Assembly: GCF_964213995.1 (NCBI RefSeq)
Contig: NC_135813.1
Span: 61,256,001 to 61,320,000 of the forward strand
Direction: 5' to 3'
Length of the DNA: 64,000 nucleotides
From: Mustelus asterias
Taxonomy: Eukaryota
The notes below the pieces were generated by a model that searched no databases, was not told the DNA's origin, and saw nothing but the letters and a program-made list of their open reading frames with translations. A program made the position numbers and the translations under genes. Of the stretch, positions 60,987 through 64,000 are shown piece by piece; position 1 is the first letter of the stretch, and the number at the start of each line of letters is the position of its first letter.

Positions 60987-63900
60987 ATTATTCTTTCAGT
61001 GTGTCAGTTTATAGTGTCGTTTTCTTACTTCAATTTTCTTCGAATTTCTGGCCATTTTAAATTTCCTAATCGCGAGGCCGTATTCCTTATAATCTTTTGG
61101 ACATTTATAAAAAACACTTGTTCGAAATAACGCTTTTACAAAATTAATGGTTGGTCACTTGGTACTGCTATAACCTATCAAATACTACATTGGCTTAAAT
61201 AGCTTGCACAATGATTGAAATATCTTCTGTCTGTGATGGAGTTAATCATTCGTTCTTGTTCTGCGTGACCTCAGTGTGGAACCAAATAAAGTCGCAGGAC
61301 AAGCATTGGAAAATATATATGGTAATCAGAATCCATCAGAATCAGGTGGGAAGCTGAGCTTAAAAATACATCAAACATCAGCATGTTTCAGCAAAAAGTG
61401 TACATGTGTCTTAGAATCGATCAAGTACATTGAATGAACAGTTTTGTCAAGCCGTGGATATTTGATCAGCGATAGTTACTTTTAAGAAAATGTCGAATCT
61501 TTTGTTTAATTAGGAGAATATTCGCACAAATACATCGCCAGCCGTGTCGCTGAGCGTCTGGCAGCCGAAGTATTGAGGGTCAACAACAACACTCTGCCTC
61601 AGCTGCTGCAAAAAGAGCTTTGTCACTTGACAGAATTCTAAAAGCTAAAGTAAAGTAAGAACAAGACGGCAATGTTTACTTGCTACAGCTGAGCGAGTTG
61701 CAGATTGGAAAGAGAAACAAGGAGAGAGGGGCAGCACAGTGAAGTCTATGTGTTACACGGCAGGAAGTAATAACACAACTGAGGTAGTGCCGAAGCATGC
61801 TAGTAACTTTAAGTGTGTTGAGCAGGCAGAGGAAGCTGATTACCAGGGGCCAACGTGAGGCATTCGCTATTAGCCAGAGGCTGTGACACAGCTGATTCGA
61901 CTGGTCATATCGACTGTAACAAAATATTGGCAGAGGAAGCAAAACTGACGCGGCTGATACGCAGTCAGACAGACGTTCACTGCTGCAGACTTGGGTAAAG
62001 ACTGTTGCTCATGGGTACTAACATTGATTACATTCTGGGATACATGAGCCAGGACCCGTGAGCTTGTAAACAGTGTAGCAGGACAGGACAAACACAGAAA
62101 GAGCATGCGTTACATCTAATAGAGGATTCACGACAGTGAAAAGAAAATGGGTTAAGTAGACAATCGCAGAGACTGAATGTTGAGGCAAACTGGTTTCACT
62201 GCACGATTTTATTGTGAATTTGTCAGCTAAACTGCAGTCTGCAGAATCTTGCACAGGCTGGCTCGACCTCTTTAGAGGGTCACCGTTGAAAGCGTAGGAC
62301 CTTTGTTGGCCTTATGTCAGTTAACGTTAAGAACGGAACATCAACGGTATCGTTGAATACATAACGTTTGCTCAATTGATAAACTTAAAGGAGAGGCAGC
62401 GAAACAAAGTCGTCTGTCCAGTGCTCTCCTCAGAGTCTTTCCCTCTTCTCCCATCCATACAGCCTCGTTTTCATGAGCACATTCAAAACTCTGCCGATTC
62501 CCGCTTCGCAGCACTTGCAGCACACCCGTCAGAGGAACGTAGGGCAGGAGGAACCGGGAAAATGTAGCCCAGTAAGCCTAACATATGCCTCTGGGATAAT
62601 GCTAACATATATTTTTTAGTGAATACTGGGAGGAGGCTTTGAAAATACCAATATAATCAAAAAGAGTTAACGTAGTTTTACAAGAAGTAGATCGTGGCTG
62701 ACAAATCCATTATCGTTCTTTGAAGGCTTTACAGGCAGAAGGGTTAAAGGAAATCCAGTAATGTAGACTATTTTGATTTCCAAAAGCATTCAATAAGGTG
62801 CCATGTACAAGTTTATTACAGAACATGTTAGCGTTAGATGCGCTAAATGAACACAGATAGACGATGTGCCAACTAACATCTAATATAGAGCCTGGAAAAT
62901 GAGCCATTCCTCGTTTAGCAAAATAATTAGTGGAGGGCCGTAGGTTATGTAGCGTCAACTTTTTACAATCTATATGAAGGATGGATGAAAAGATCATGTG
63001 TATATAACAAAGTTGCTGACCATACAAAGGTAATCAAGAAAGCAACTTTCGAGCAGGCTAAAAAGTGGCTGAAAGGGAATGTAGATGGGATAAGCGGATG
63101 GGTAAAATTTACCAATGGAGTATAATGTGCAAAAATGTGAGTTTCCCAATTTGGCGGGAGCAATAGAAAAACTGGGCATTATTTAGATGGAGAGAGACTA
63201 CCGAATTCTACAGCACAGAGATTTGGGTGTCCTCCTTCGTGAAGCACAAAAGGTTAGCGTGCAGGTACAGCAAGTAATTAGAAAGAAAAATATGGCATCG
63301 GAATTTAATGGAATGGTGAACTATAAAAATAAGAGAGGTTTGGTATTGCTGATGATATTGATGAGACCGTAATTAGACTATTTCGCCGTTTGGCCTCTTT
63401 ACTTGAGGAGTAATATTGGTGCATTAGTGAAAGTTCAGGGAAGGCCAGCAGTTGATTCCCGGGATGATTTCGTTGCCTTAGGACGAAAGGTTAAGCAAGT
63501 TAGGCCTGTCATCACTGTTTTTTAGAAGAGTGAAAGGTGATCTCATTAAAAAATCGAGGTTTCTGAGGAATCTTAACAGGTTAAATACTGGGAGCATGTT
63601 TCTTGTCGTTGGAGAGTTTAGAACTACCGGCACTATCTAAAATTCAAGCGTCTCCCATTTAAGATACGGACGAGGGAGAATTTATTGCCTTAGATCATGG
63701 TCATCCTTTAGAATTCCATAGGAAATAGGAGTCTGGATCACTGAATGCATTCAATCCAGAGATAGAAGGGCTTCTGATCGACAAGGGAGTCAATAGTTAA
63801 GGGAGGCAGGCAGGAAAGTAGATTTTAGGCAAGAATCAAATCAGCCATGATCTTGTTGAATGATGGAGCATGCTCGAGAACCAGATTGTTTACTTTGCTG

Positions 63901-64000
63901 CTCTTTCGCACGTTCCTGTGATAGTAGGAGACTTTGTTCCTCGTCAATTAGCTCATGGGCTGCTCTGAATGTTAATAGCCTTGCCCCATTAAGCTTACTA

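Larger units (their letters stand above)
56948..64000 (+). repeat. Segmental duplication copy B (paralog of 1-6983)
   Basis: Colinear with the window start at an offset of about 57 kb. Confidence 0.95.

Overview
Eukaryotic DNA from a cartilaginous fish, almost certainly a shark. The window lies in an immunoglobulin lambda-type (type II/NS3-like) light-chain multicluster region. It holds two apparently functional germline-joined genes (octamer promoter, leader exon, pre-fused V-J exon, C exon) at about 0.3-3.8 kb and 57.3-60.8 kb, inside a duplication of at least 7 kb. Two C exons have no V-J that I can find: 20.3-20.6 kb (minus strand, premature stop just before the interchain Cys) and 34.7-35.0 kb (plus strand, open frame, decayed polyA signal). 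The rest is dense in retroelements: CR1 LINEs (one with an intact ORF2, one nearly intact and nested in an older copy), other LINE relics, V-, Deu- and probable Meta-type SINEs, a Gypsy relic, and three Penelope-like insertions carrying minimal hammerhead ribozymes. The most unusual signals are (1) a ~350-bp TSD-flanked, A-tailed, highly structured element headed by repeated U2 snRNA 5' fragments (22.84-23.20 kb), and (2) a U_UUA_AAC slippery heptamer at the ORF1/ORF2 junction of two different CR1 families whose ORF2 has no usable AUG, suggesting -1 ribosomal frameshifting. Repeat family names and boundaries were assigned by eye and are approximate.
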